The position numbers and the translations under genes are program-made. A DNA stretch of 64,000 bases from NCBI RefSeq assembly GCF_009914755.1, contig NC_060930.1. One strand, 5' to 3'. Under the pieces are notes generated by a model that did no database searches, had not been told where the DNA came from, and saw only the letters and a list, made by a program, of their open reading frames with translations. This DNA comes from the human T2T-CHM13v2.0 reference genome, Homo sapiens. Below are positions 1-13,660 of the stretch, piece by piece; position 1 is the stretch's first letter; each line of letters starts with the position of its first letter.

Positions 1-80
1 TGAGCTGAGATCGTGTCACCACACTCCAGCCTGGCAACAGAGTGAGACTCTGTCTCAAAAAACAAACAAACAAACAAAAA
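1..80 (+). mobile_element. Alu 3' end with (AAAC)n tail, cut by the window edge
   Basis: TGAGCTGAGATCGTG...CACTCCAGCCTGGCAACAGAGTGAGACTCTGTCTC followed by an A-rich tail. Confidence 0.95.
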
Positions 81-1600
81 AGACCTAATGGGAACTTCAG
101 GGGGTGGATAACTATGCTGTTAAGAATATTTGTTACAGAGATTTGCAGGAGAAAAGCAAAACCTGGTTTGTGGTGTGTTCTAGAAACTATGTGTTTCCTT
201 AAACTTAGCACAAGTGACTCCATTTTGGTTTGGTTTGGTTTGTTGGGGCCTAGGGCATGAGCTCAGTCCCAAACAATGGCCTCCCAGAATTTCGTTTAAA
301 AAAATCCCCGCTTTATGGTTAGATTCTCACTTAGGTGAGAGTGTGACCAAACTTAGGGCCGTAGTGCCACTCTCAGTTACCATCATTTTGGGTTTTTGGT
401 CTCAGCACATCATTTATAAGTTACAGTGTCCGCATGGTTGTACATTTCTTTCAGTTCCTGTCATTCTCGTTGAAGAGAGACCATATGACATTCTAGAGAT
501 GGCTGCATGCAAGCATTTACACCTTTGAGAGAATCCAGCGCACTCGGGATACTATTATTATGACTATTGGGAGGATAATACCAAGAGTTCATAGTATGCT
601 CCTTACCCAAGGTCCCCATAAAACAAACCTCCTAAAATCAAAAAGATCAAAGAATGACTTAACTAAGCAGTTTCTTCATTAATCTGCTACAACTGAATTT
701 CTGTAATATCCAATGTTTTTTCCATAGGCCGTGAGTGCCAGCAGCGGCACAAATATTTCTCTGCTCAGCCAATTCTAATAACTTTCACAAGAGAATTTAA
801 AGTTGTGTCCTTTACAGTAGAATTTGCTATAGAGCCTATCATGAGAAATACATTTCTAATCATTGCTTCTTTTAATTTAAACCATGGATAAAGAACCTAA
901 CAAATGATACCCTTTTGGAACTATGATATGGTTAAGAGGAGGGAACTAGTGTTTTGTTTCTGAGTGATAATCAGACAACGTATGTACCATTCAAGTTTCT
1001 TACCTACATCGGGCTTTCATCTTTTATCTATCAAAGTATAAGATTATCCATGTATAAGGCCAGCTGCAAACTGTTTCACAAATAAAAGCATACCCCGTAA
1101 GAGCACATAACTGACCCCTTTTCCATTTTTATTGTTCATAGAGGCATAAGCAAGAAAAAATATTCAAAGATAAGAGTTTCATGATAGTAGAAGCCTTAAT
1201 CTGTGAACTTGGGAAAAGCTGTTCACATCAAGGATGCCATTCTCCTCTGGTGAGAAACTTCCCTGATTAGTTTTACCTTAAGGGTTCCAATGGGTGCATA
1301 ATTTCAAGAGTGTGGAGGGGCCCTTCTCAATTATGAGATTATGAACCCACAGTTCAAGGTGCCAAAGTTTTGTTGTAGTGTGGATGGCAAGGACAGTCTT
1401 TCTTTGATATTCTCAGAAGATTCAAACTACAAAAAGCTTTCTTTACCTGGTGAAAATTCACTGTAGCATAATAATCTACTGTTATAACATCAGCCCTCTT
1501 GCATGGAAAACAGAAAACATGCATTGAAAATAACAATGGAACAAAATCCCTTCATAAAATGTTTAAATGGCCCACTAGGTGACCAAATGTACCTGAAGCA
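81..1600 (-). mobile_element. ERV1 (MER4-group) internal sequence, decayed env-like region
   Basis: Resembles MER4/MER41/LOR1-type internal sequence; minus strand 1075-1110 translates LCALTGYAFICE, like the C..G..F.C motif of gamma-type env SU; many stops. Confidence 0.6.
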
Positions 1601-1659
1601 AGTTTTCAGCGGATTGATTCTGTGAACTTTAAGCTGTAATATTTATTATTTTTATTAAT

Positions 1660-3370
1660 ACATTTTGCATTAAATTCTCTTATCTGAAATTAATATAGCT
1701 ATACAAGTTCATCTTCGGTCACTGTTTGCTTTGTGTATTTTTTCACACTTCATGTAAAATCTTTTTTTACGTGACAAAAATCTTTTTTTCTGATTTTGTT
1801 TTCTTGAAAGCAGAACATGATTGACTTTTTAAAAATAAGCCATAAGATTTCCATATTTGAATCATTGGGTTTAAACTGTTTATATTTATTAACATAACTG
1901 AGGTACATGAATTTATACAACCCTATTTTGTGTTCTTATTTAGCATACATTTCATTTTGTTTGATTTTCCCTGGTCATTTTTAAGTTGAAGATTCAAAGT
2001 ATCCTTTAATCTCCTTTCCTTCTATATTTTGGAAGTAATATAATTAGTTTCTATGGCTTTCATGATTATCCTCATGACTCTAATATAGATAGATTCATTT
2101 ATGGGTAGAGATATAAATATCTTTTTTTTAAGTAAAATCTAAAATTAATTGAAATCTCTGTCCTCTTCCTAATCAAAGCAGGGACATTATTATCTGGCTT
2201 AAACACATTCAGAACTGCATTCCTACATCTTTACTAGTATCTAAAATTTTAATTAATGTTATTTTGTAGCACAAAACAAATTTTTGCTTTTATTCATCGA
2301 GTTAACTAGAATTACCAAAAAAAAAAAAAAAGTCATGCTTTGTATTTGATTTATATTATCTTCTACATACAGCTCCTTTTTTACTTTGGGTTTATCTCTT
2401 GCTATAATACCTCTTTGGGTGGAATTTTTAAATAAGCTTGCACAGATGGTAAGTTTTCTGCTTTCTTTACAAGTTCTGTTTATTTGACCTTATTTTGACA
2501 CGAATTCTAACATAAACTGGATGTCCTGCGATGTAACCCAATTCTGATGCTAACTATCTAGAGTTAGCACAGATTCTAGAGGTGAAGAGGAGTCCCACCT
2601 CAGACGCCAGTTGCAGCTCCTGGGGAGTTTCCACACCTCTGACCAGCTATAAATTCAGGGGGTCTCATGACCTCCTCAGAATTGTTAATCATCTTAAAGG
2701 ACTTCCAGCATTCACTGCCCTATACTTACAATTCCAGTTTTATCATAAAGGATATGAATTAGGAACTGACAAATGGAGAGCTCCCATGACCTCTCCCCAT
2801 GGAGTCAGGGTGCTCTCCCTCCCAGCACATCTATGTATTCGCCAACCAGGAAGCTCTTCGAGCTTTGTGTATCGAGTGTGAGGTCTTGGTCTTAGGAAAT
2901 CATTTTCTCCAGACCCTCTCTGCTGTGGGGTGAGACTGAAATTTCCCACCCTCTAATCACATGCTAGGTCTTTCTGGAGTGCTTGCCCCTTCCTTGAAAC
3001 TATAAAAGGGCGCACTACTTATCACCTGGTTGGTATAAACTCAGGTGTGCTGGAAAGAGGTACTTATGAATAAGTCATAAAAGATACTCCAACACTCAAG
3101 AAATTCCAAGGGTTTTTGAAGCTCTTTGTCAGAAACTGGGATAAAAACCAGAACATATTCTTTATTTTACCACAGACCTCATTTTTCAATTACAGTTTAG
3201 CTATATATAGAACTCTAGTTTGACCCACATTTTCCTTCAGAACTTCAAGTTATTAAATAATTGTCTTCTAGCAACTTTTGCTGCTATTGCAAAGTCACCA
3301 CTCAGTTTAATTGTTGTCCCATTATGTGAATAAGTCCCGTATGTAAATAAGTCTTCTTTCTGGTAGTTTC
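1660..3370 (-). mobile_element. Old L1M fragment (ORF1 / ORF2 5' region), split by MER21
   Basis: Antisense L1 motifs TCTGAAATTAATATAGCTA at ~1684 and TTGTCTTCTAGC...TTGCTGCTATTGCAAAGTC at ~3260. Confidence 0.6.
2490..3173 (-). mobile_element. MER21-family LTR
   Basis: Ends ...TTATTTTACCACA (reverse complement TGTGGTAAAATAA, the MER21 start); internal AATTCTGATGCTAACTATCTAGAGTTAGCACAGA and CAAGAAATTCCAAGGGTTTT. Confidence 0.75.
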
Positions 3371-3384
3371 AATAATGTTATTTA

Positions 3385-3597
3385 ACAAAAAGTTATATGT
3401 TGTGCTAGGCACTATTCTAAGCATTTTGCAAATGCTAATTTATTTTTTAGTCCTCACGAGAATTTTATGAGTAGGTACTCTTCAGGTCCCCTATTTTTCA
3501 GATGAGTGAACTGAGCTACAGAGATGTTAAGTAACTTTCCAAATAAGCCATAGTGCAATGGGATTTCAGCCTATGTAGTCTGGTTCCAGAATCCATG
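3385..3597 (-). mobile_element. MIR SINE
   Basis: TGTGCTAGGCACTATTCTAAGCATTTT...TTTTCAGATGAGTGAACTGAG...GTTAAGTAACTT, antisense MIR core. Confidence 0.85.
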
Positions 3598-4065
3598 CAA
3601 GTTACATTTACTTTCTATTCATACACACGTTGTGTTTTTATCAGTCACCACCTTAATATTTTTTGGTATAAGAGCAAGATAGATAAATACATATTAACCT
3701 GTCCTGATATAACTATCTTGTAGCAGGAAATAAAGTATTCCATGGTATTAAGTAAAACCTCACTATGCTTTCATAATATGCTTGCTTTCTGATTGCCAGT
3801 CGTTTATTACTCATATTTTGACAGTTGTTAGTCTCCAATAAATCAAAAATATTGCCCTTTGTCTACTTAGTTAAACTATCAGTCAGGCCACTATCGGCAT
3901 ACATTAGGGAAAATATCAATTTACAGTAAAGGCACATCTCATTTTATGTAAATGAAGATAAAACTGGAGTATGCCCTAATATACCTAAAAAATGTAAATA
4001 TAAGTATTTTAATGTGAAATTAGTTTTCATCAATTGAATGAACCTATGTAGTGAGCTTTCAATAT

Positions 4066-4597
4066 TGAAACTGTCCCCACAGAGTCAATAAGAATTACAT
4101 GCTGGGTTCTGGACAGAAATAAAGTTATAGTTAAGCATTAATTAGGTTGCACCTTAACCCACTTCCTTGCCGCTGCTTGGTAACCAAAAATCACACACAC
4201 TAGGTACTGAACATTTGCATCCCCATTGTTCCTATAGATAGAACCTCTCACGTTATAAGGCTTTTGTTGAAGGATTGCTTAAGATGTTTTTCAGATCCTA
4301 AGTTCCAGTGGAATAGCTGATACCAACAAGATACCCTCACAGAGGAAATGAACCAGTTTCTTCATCTCCTCACTCTATGATTTCACCCTGTACTCTTCCA
4401 ATAATAAATGATCCCCGCACCTCAGCCCACTACTCATCCAAACCCCATAAAATCTCTATCCCCAAACTACTCGGAAAGGTGGATTTGAGGTTTCCTACCA
4501 TCTCCTCATTTGGCTGCCTTATGATTAAACCTCTTTGCTGCAAGTATCTTGGTGTATTGTCGTGCATGCACCAGACAACGAACCTGGTGCATTTACA
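4066..4597 (+). mobile_element. Solo ERV1 LTR (LOR1/MER4 group; LTR26- or MER72-like)
   Basis: TGAAAC...TTACA termini, near-match 4-bp TSD atat/gtat, internal GGATTTGAGGTTTCC..CATCTCC and ATTAAA signal. Confidence 0.75.
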
Positions 4598-4869
4598 GTA
4601 TGAGAATTTCCAAAGTCAACTCATCTGATACATTTTGATTGGTTGTCAACATAGTGTAATTCAATGAATTCAAGTGAATTTCATACTAAAACTGACTGAA
4701 AATGCTCACAAAGAAAACAAACCAGTTTCAACTTTTTTTTAATAAAAGGCACCATTATTTTAGTATCTATCATCATTATGAACCTTTTTTGTATATCTAC
4801 TATGGAAAAGCTTTTGCAAGTTCCTAAAGCAGTCAACTGCTTTGAGAATTGTGTTCCATAAGTAGTTAA

Positions 4870-5550
4870 GTTTTTTGAAGGTAGAACACATATGTGTATA
4901 AAAGTGACCACAAAGAGTACTAAAGGCAGTAAGGAGCTTAGACTTCAGAGAAATGTTTCTAAGGCAAGTTGAGATGACTAGGAAGGTTTTAATAAGACAA
5001 TGCAGTTAAGCTGTTCTTTGAAGTGATTAGATAAAAGGAGAAAACTGTATGAGGCACTGTTTCAAGTGGAATAAGTTAAAAAGATGGCAATGTATAGAAG
5101 GCAATAGAAAATCTACTAGACTAGGAGTATAGAGCTTTTTGGAAGAATAACATAGCAATGGATCATATAGATGGAAATAATTCAAACTATAGTTTGAAGT
5201 TCAGGAAGAAGCCTGAATTTATTTTCTTGAGGTACTGTGGCGCCTTTAAAGGTTGAGGAAATCAGGATGAGAAAATAAGCTAGGAAGCTCTATCTGTTCA
5301 GAAGAAGAAAGCAAAATAGAATCAGAAGAGATTGTAAGCCAGAAAGTCCAAAAAGAGAGTGCCCAAATTGTTAAGACTGTGGTAATAACAGGGATATTCA
5401 GGGTCAGAAGAATGCAATATGCAGTCCTGTGAACACCCTCTTAATCTAACAGGCATTCATTCAAGCAACATGTGTTAAGTCACAGCCATATTCCAGGCAT
5501 TATTCTGAATCCTCATTACATATATGAGTAAAGCATAAACACTCACTGTA
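4870..5550 (-). mobile_element. L2 fragments
   Basis: Degenerate purine-rich antisense L2 body; CATTCATTCAAGCAACAT...CCAGGCATT 3' end at ~5455. Confidence 0.5.
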
Positions 5551-7907
5551 GCTGACTCTTTCCACTTCAACATGGAAGCTTTCCACCAAAATCCTTTTCT
5601 CTCTCGTCATGATCATCAAATCTCCTACACCCTAACCAAACAATTCAATCAGAGGTTTATTTTTTTTAAAAAATTTTGAAATGTTTGCAATATCTTTATT
5701 TGTTTTTCAGGTGGTCAATCAAAATCTTATTTCTCTGCTATATAATCCTTGTCCTCTATGAAATCGCCTGAAATCCCTGGAAGATTTTCTTCATTTAGTT
5801 CTAACAAGAGATTTTCAAATTTTCTGTCACCAAGGCCTTATCTGACACTTTGCTTCATCCTTAGAATTGGAAGACTTAATATATGATACAGGAAATGAAA
5901 AACAAAGAAATTAAACCTCCCACTGATGGGCTTGTGATGACTGCAAATAAAATTGTTCAGTGACCACTAGGGGAAACAAAGATGAAAAATCAGAGACAGT
6001 AAAATAAGAAAACACAAATTTAGAAAAAAAATCCTAATGTAAACCCTAGGAAGTTGTGGTCTTATTTTACCTTCAGCATTTCAAAAATGTTGCACATTGA
6101 ACCTGGGATTTCAGTAGCTTTTACTTCATTTATTTCCACAATCTTTCTCTTATGCTAACCATATCTTTATTTTTATAACTCACTGTGACCTGCCAGCATA
6201 TACTCACACAAATCCATAAAAGGCATGGAAAGAAGAGCAAAGAGTTCATCAGATTCCAGATGTTTCAAAACCACCTGTCCATTGGCATTGTTGACTCTAG
6301 ATCATGAAAGGCTGTAACATTCCCAGCAGAACAGCAAGTCCCCCAGCTTTGTTTTCCTTAAGGGATTTTAGACCATTTCCACAAAGACTAACTATTGCCT
6401 TTGCAGAGGAGACCTGATGCTTAAAAAAATTACAGAATTAAAATAAAAGGAGACAAGCGGTGTTTCCATCTCTGTTGATAATCTCCATAATTAGTGTATT
6501 ACACCTAGGAAAAGAAGCACAAAAGAGACTCAGGTGGGACTTAGGTGGGGCTCGGGTGCAATGAAGCACTGCCTATGTAAAAACAGATTGGGTTTAGAAG
6601 AAAGGAAAAGTAAAGAATAAAAAAGTGCAAAAGGCCAGGGGAGTGTATGCATCTCAATCTTACAGACACCTGTTTCAAATAATTTATTTTTAACATCTCT
6701 ACCAACTTTCTGATAGGTAATACAATTGATAGGAAATTAAATGAAAACACTGAAGAAAAGCTAAAGCTAAATTAAGAATAGCCTATTTTAGAATGACAAA
6801 CTGTGCCAAAATACGGATGTGCAGCAAGACAGCATGTCATACTAAGAAATACTCAAATGAGATTTCACAAAGACAGAAATGTTTCAGGAGGAGACAAGGT
6901 GAGACACTGAAGTGTGCTGTGAAGAATAAACAAGCTTCAATGTGCAGGAAGAGAAGGCAGGAGTATGTGCACTGTGACAGCGCAGAGGAACCATTTTCAG
7001 CAGGCTTCAGTAAACAAAAGGAGGCCTTGAAGCTAAGCTTGCGTTGCACTTCAAACTCAACTTGTGGAGCATTCAGGAGAGAAACGCTCAGGGCAATTTG
7101 GGGCAGTTATTCATAATCGCTTCAAATGAGTACTTCAGTACACATATTGTTAGATACCTGTGCATATAATTACTCACTTTTCAAAACATGAATTTCCATG
7201 CAATTGCCAATTGTTCCAAGATACTCTTGCTGATTATCTGAAAGAACTCAGCTGTTGGGAGTCTGGCCAGGCATATGCATGCAAATAAAGTAGAAAATTA
7301 AAGTTATTATGTGAAAAATTCAATAGAAACAGAGCCACTTGAACCATTCAGAGTACTAAAGTCACCCTATGACATGAATTTTCCTGTCATTTCATCTGCA
7401 TTCACCAAGGACTCAAAAAAACAACCAGCCCCAGGGTTTGGGATGTCTGGCAAGTAGTCATGCTTTGTAGGGATACCAAGTCCAATAGAGGTGGCAGTTT
7501 TCTTCCTTCCCATCCTAGCAGCAACACACTGATCATCAAGGAGGCCCAAAGGACAGGGATTAGCTTTAGATGTCTCATACCTTTACAAGGGAAATGTAAG
7601 TCTAAATAAAATGTATTTGAGACTAGGCACTAGATTGCTGGTGCATGTGGATTTTGAGAAGTTAGTGCTGTACATGTACACAGAAATTTCTGAGGAATAA
7701 AGAAACAGGGACTAACTATGGGAAAAAAATGTTCCAGACCTTCCAATACAAAATTACATTTTTTTGTTAATGGTATAAGTCACTTGACTGTGAAGTTATT
7801 TCCACCTATTTTCTTGAAGCAATACTGAATGTTTCTCTTACACCAAATGTCTCCTTTAGTAACTTAGTTGTGATGATTTAAACTCATAATATCCCTTTGG
7901 CTTAAAC

Positions 7908-8093
7908 CAGTGGTTCACAATGCTTGGTCTCAACACCAACATCATCGATATCACCTGGGAACCTGTTAGAAATGCATATTTTCAGATCCCACTCGAGACC
8001 TACTGAATCAGAAACTCCGGGATTAGGACCCAACAAATTGTGTTGTATTCCCTTCAGATGATTCTGATGTATATTCAAAATTGAGAACCATCA
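7908..8093. mobile_element. MER5A (hAT-Charlie MITE)
   Basis: CAGTGGTTC...GAGAACCATCA termini, ACCTACTGAATCAGAAACTC core, perfect 8-bp TSD GCTTAAAC at 7900-7907 and 8094-8101. Confidence 0.92.
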
Positions 8094-8539
8094 GCTTAAA
8101 CCATTAACAATTTCAGTTAATTGTAAATCACTTATCTGAAAAAAGTAACTCATTAAGCAATTATAACCCACTTAAACATACATGAGTTATCATTGTAAGA
8201 GAATCAAGCCCAAGAATAAAACCTGACTCCATTGATGAAAAGGATAAATTAGGAGGGTCTCCTGGTACCAAGAAAAATGGATAGATGGTGCCAGAATGAG
8301 ACTCCTAGGGAAGATCAATGGAATTTGGGAGGCTTTAGGCTGGAAGCAACCATCAAAGGAAATGAAAAAGGATTGACAAGGCATGACACATTAACTCTTC
8401 CCATAGGATAAAATTTTCAATAACCTGTCATTGGAAGTACTGTGCTAGACCCCAAACAAAATAAACAACACAATTGATAGGCAATCTACCAACATCGTTA
8501 TACATTTGTAAATCTGTGTATGTGCGCATGTTCATATTT

Positions 8540-8740
8540 TTTTAAGTGCTGACTATTACAAAAGACTGTGCTAAGAATTGTACATATATTATTCCACTTA
8601 ATCATAATAACCTTATTTGAAAGGACCATTAATAATCCTGTTTTTACATATGAGAAAATTTAGGTTTAGCACAGAAATCTTGCTCAGGGCCATGTTAGAA
8701 ATTTCAGAGAAGATGAAATCTGTCTAGCACTAAGTTCAGC
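8540..8740 (-). mobile_element. MIR SINE
   Basis: ACTGTGCTAAG...ATCCTGTTTTTACATATGAGAAAATTTAGG. Confidence 0.65.
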
Positions 8741-9188
8741 CCTTAATGAATAAGCCAAAGGCAAATGATAGATGATGACCGCTGGGTGATGGGTGTATAT
8801 ATATATATGGAATGAGAGACTGACAGAGAAAGAGATTGATCAATTGATCAAGGTGTATTAATAACTGTTTTCTGTAAAAGCTACATACTCCTTAAAATAG
8901 TAGATTATTCTCAATTTTGACAGGATACTGTTTTGTGTGTATGGGCAAAATCAGTTATTCCTCATTAGAATTTAGCTTTCACAATCCCTCAAAGAATAGA
9001 TGTCATCTAGTAAAAATCAGTTTCTCTCTTTCATGCTCCTTCTGTTTCTCTCTATTTTCTCTCTCTGGATTTATTATCCCTTTAGCCCTATCCTCAAAGC
9101 TGTCATCATAGCTCAGCTGTCTAATATTTCTTCTTGATTTATTGCTCCCATGCTTTCATCCAGTCTATACCCAACTGCCATATTAAGC

Positions 9189-9497
<309 letters not shown>

Positions 9498-9499
9498 TA

Positions 9500-10010
9500 A
9501 TATTCTTAAATAAAACTCAGCTGTTAACACATCCTTTCTTTGCACAATAAGGCTCACACTGTCTTCCATATATACCTAATAAAATAGACAAGAAGTCCTC
9601 ACCTTTGTAATCAAGTCCCTCCAAGATTGTTCCTAACCTGACTGTCTAGGTGTATTTTCTCTGCTCCTTTGCATAGGACTAGGCTAAAAAAATCACTTAG
9701 TTATATACAATGTCTGCAACCTGCCCTGTGTTTTAGTATCTCTATGTCTCACCTTCCACAGTTCCCTCCAAATACAATGTCTCCTGCTTCTAAATCTACT
9801 TGTTAAAATAATTCAATATTTAACTGTTTTTTTTTTTTACTTATTTTTACTTACTAAAATTTTACTTATTTACTCAACTAAAATTTTAACTCCTTGAAAA
9901 TTCCTCTTACCTTCCCCTAGTTGGGATCCCTTTCTGACAACTGTGGCCATTTGTTTTCACATTTTTCATGGCATTTATTACTTGTTCCCTTAATAAATGA
10001 AAGCTGCTTA
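9500..10010 (+). mobile_element. L2 fragment
   Basis: Degenerate L2 3' region (AAGTCCTCACCTTTG..TCAAGTCCCTCCAAGAT; CATGGCATTTATTAC). Confidence 0.5.
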
Positions 10011-10064
10011 AGGACATAAGTAAAGGCAACATCAGAGGAAGTTTCACTAGTCACATCAATGTAT

Positions 10065-10200
10065 ATTTCGAGCTTTGCCAAATTCTAGCTGAGTGACCCT
10101 AGGCAAGTCATTTAACCTAGCTCTCCACTGACTCACTTAGAAAATTATGATAATAATGCATTTTTACAGGGTTGTTATAGTAATTAAATGAGGTAATATA
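10065..10200 (+). mobile_element. MIR SINE
   Basis: CTAGCTGAGTGACCCTAGGCAAGTCATTTAACCT...ACAGGGTTGTT...AATTAAATGAG. Confidence 0.8.
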
Positions 10201-11220
10201 TACCTCTTAATATTCAACCACTAAAAACTATTCTTCAAATATATTGTTTTCATCCAAGATTGATACTATTACTAATTAGTATTGCCTCCTTATGGTTACT
10301 AGTATGATCCTTTGGAGTAGTCAGTCATTATATATTAGTTGGATAAAATTAATAATTATTATAATTACTTCTTAAAGATTCTAAAGTTTTTGTACACATA
10401 TCAGCTTATTAGTACACAAAGAATGCTGTCTTTCAAACTACTCTCTTCATGAGGCTCTGAACGCAGATTCAAATTTAGTCTGATACTGCACAAAACATGT
10501 TAGAATTGTTCTTTTTTGAAATTACTGTTAGGGTAAGTTTATATATCACACAAGAAATGTGCTCTCGTTATAGTTATATCACCTTTTGACATAAAACATT
10601 CCTCAGACAGATGCCCAACCTTACAAAAGTTAGCTCTGAATAATTTGCAATTGTTGGCAAAAATCAAATCTAAACTCAAAGATAAATTTCCTACACTAGA
10701 TATGGTCAAAATAATGTTATATTGGTTATATTAAAATACATCTAATACCTAGGCTATACATAAAACGTCATAACTATGATCACATTTGCACATATGAAGG
10801 AAGTGAAAACTGTGCTGTGACTAACACCTGATTGATGGTAACTAAGTTGCCATCAATTTTAAATCACAAGCTGATTTCAAAGACGTTTTTAAAAATGAAA
10901 AAGTGTGACTGAGAATAAGTAAAATGCAATAATGGCAACCTCTAATACCTGTTAGGGATCCTACTTCACAAAGTAAAAATTTACAAAGCAAAAAGTTCTT
11001 TTTTTGTTCTATAAATTTCTCTCTTAAATTATGAGTTAATTTTTGTATATAGTGCAAAGAATGGATTGAGTATTTTTTGTTTGTTTTTGTTTGGGGGGAC
11101 TTTTTTTTTCACACATGGACATTCAGTTGTTTAAAAACAATTTTTGAAAACACTGTCCCTAGTCTACTGAACTGTGGAAAGACAAAGTTGTCTTTGCAAC
11201 TTTGTTGAAAAATAATTGAC

Positions 11221-11223
<3 letters not shown>

Positions 11224-11267
<44 letters not shown>
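11224..11267. repeat. (AC)n microsatellite, about 22 units
   Basis: Uninterrupted AC run. Confidence 0.98.
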
Positions 11268-11270
<3 letters not shown>

Positions 11271-11651
11271 TTTCTAAACTGACTATTCTGTTCCATTAAT
11301 CTACTTTATCTTGATGCAAGTACCATGCTGTTTTGGTGACTGCAGCTTTATAATAATCCTTGAAGTCAGGTAGTGTTAGCCCTCCAACTTTATTCCTTTT
11401 GAGAATTATTTTGGCTATTCAATATTCTTTGAATTTACATGAGTCAATTATACCAAAAAAAATCTACTATATATATTTTTGGAATCGTGTTGTTGTATAG
11501 GTCAAGAAATTGATAAATACAGTTTTCAGATACATAATCATGGTATATCTGTTTAGTTAGGTTTTCTTCCATTTCTCTCAGTAATGTTTTACAGTTTCAT
11601 ACACAGGTCTTAGACAACTCATACTGCATTTAGTCCTAAGTATTTCCAATT

Positions 11652-11799
11652 CTTTTTTTGTCTGTTTGTTTTTGTTTTGTTTTTTGAGAAGGGGATCCAT
11701 CTATGTTGCCCAAGCTAATCTCAAACCTGGGTTCAGGTGGTCCTCCTGCCTCAGCCTCCCAAGTAGCTGGGGCTACAGGTACACACCACAATGCTCGAC
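11652..11799 (-). mobile_element. FLAM / Alu monomer
   Basis: T-rich tail then CTATGTTGCCCAAGCT...CCTCCTGCCTCAGCCTCCCAAGTAGCTGGG; monomer length. Confidence 0.85.
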
Positions 11800-12326
11800 A
11801 CACAGTTTTTGATAGTACTGCAAACAGTATTTTTTAAATGGCAATTCCTGAATGTTCGTGCTAATATTCTAAAATACAATTGATTTTGTATAATTGATCT
11901 TATATCCTGCAACCGTACTAAACTCATTTATTCATTCCCATAGTTTTTTTCACATGCCATACAATTTTCTATGGAGATAATTATATCATTTGCAAATGAA
12001 GACAACTATACTTTTTCTCCAATGTAGACTTTTTAAAAAATGTTTTCTTGCCTTATTGAACATATTATAACCTGCAGAAAATGTTGAATAGAAGTTGTTA
12101 TGGCAGATTTTTGCCTTGTTTCTGATCTTACTGGGAAGCACTCTGTCTTCCACAGTTAATGATAATGTTAGCTGCAGGTTTTTTACGTATGCCTTTTATT
12201 GAAATAAAACAGTCTGATTATCTTTTAAGATGGCTGAAAGTTCTTATCAAGAATAGATGGTGAAGTTTGCCTAATGCTTTATCTCAATCTCTTGAGACGA
12301 CAATATATTTTTTCTAATTTAGTGTG

Positions 12327-12706
12327 TGATATGGTTTGAATTTGTGGCCCTGCCCAAATCTCATGTCAAATTATAATCTGCAGTGTTTGAAGAGGGGCCT
12401 GGTGGAAGGTGATTGGGTCATGGGGCAGATTTACCCCCTTGCTGTTCTTGTGACAGTAAGTTCTCATGAGATCTGGTTGTTTAAAAGTGTGTAGCACCTC
12501 CCTCTTCACCCTCTTCCTCCTTCTCTGGCCATATAAAACATACCTGCTTCCTCTTTACCTTCCACCATGACTATAGGTTTCCTGAGGCCCCCCCAGCCAT
12601 GCTTCCTGTACAGCCTGCAGAACTGTGAACCAACTAAACCTCTTTTCTTTATAAATTACCCAATCTCATGTAGTTCTTTATAGCAATGAGAGAAGGGACT
12701 AATAGA
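12327..12706 (+). mobile_element. MSTA solo LTR (ERVL-MaLR)
   Basis: TGATATGGTTTG...CCCAAATCTCATG...AAACCTCTTTTCTTTATAAATTACCCA...ACTAATAGA; 5-bp TSD gtgtg/gtctg. Confidence 0.9.
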
Positions 12707-13309
12707 GTCTGTTAATATATTGAGTCACGTTGACTGATTTCTAATGGTAAACCAATCTTGCATTTCTGGGGGAAAAAACAACTTGTTATGATGTATTATC
12801 TTTTAATATATTGTTGCATTCACTTTACAAAACGTTGTAGAGAATGTATCTACAATTGTGAGAGATATTTGTAATTTTCCCTTCTTATGATATCTTTGTC
12901 TAACTTTGGTATCAGGGTAATCCTAGCCTCAAATAATGTGTGGAAAGCATTTCATTTTCTACAATTTTTCTGAAGGACTTTGGGTAGAACTGGTATTCTT
13001 TCTTTCTCAAATATTTGGTAGAATTCACCAGGGAAGTCATCCGGGTTTGGAGTTGTCCTTGTGGTAATGTTTTAAGCTAAAAAATCAAAGCTTATAATAA
13101 ATATAGAGCTATTTGAGTTACCTCTATTTTTCTTAAGAGAACCTTTTTAGTTTGTATTATTTAAGAAAAATTTTCCTACTACGTTGTAAAATTTACTGGC
13201 ATAAAGTTGTCTATATTATTGTCTTACTATCCTTATTACCATAGTATTATTTCACCATACCCCATGGTCTCTATTCTTTTACTATTTGTAGAAAATGTAG
13301 AAATTTTTT

Positions 13310-13430
13310 TCATATATATATATACATAAAAAATGGTAAAAATAATATATATAAAAAATATATATAAATAATATATATAAAATATATATATATAAATTAT
13401 ATATATATATAAAATGGTAAAAATAATATC
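13310..13430. repeat. (TA)n-rich low-complexity tract
   Basis: TA/TAAAA arrays containing a duplicated AAAATGGTAAAAATAATAT. Confidence 0.9.
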
Positions 13431-13660
13431 TTCTCTTTTTTACATGATCAGTCTGGCTAGAGTTTTATTAATTTTCCTTATTTGTTCAAAGAAGATCAAA
13501 ATTTTATTGATTTTCTCTTTTGTATTTTACTGACCTTTTCTTTAATCATTACTATTTTTTTTCTTCCTCATAACTTGGGATTAATTTGTTCTTTTTCAGT
13601 TCTTAAAGTAGAAGCTGAGGTCATTCATTTGCAATCTTTCTTGTTTTCTAACATAGGTGC

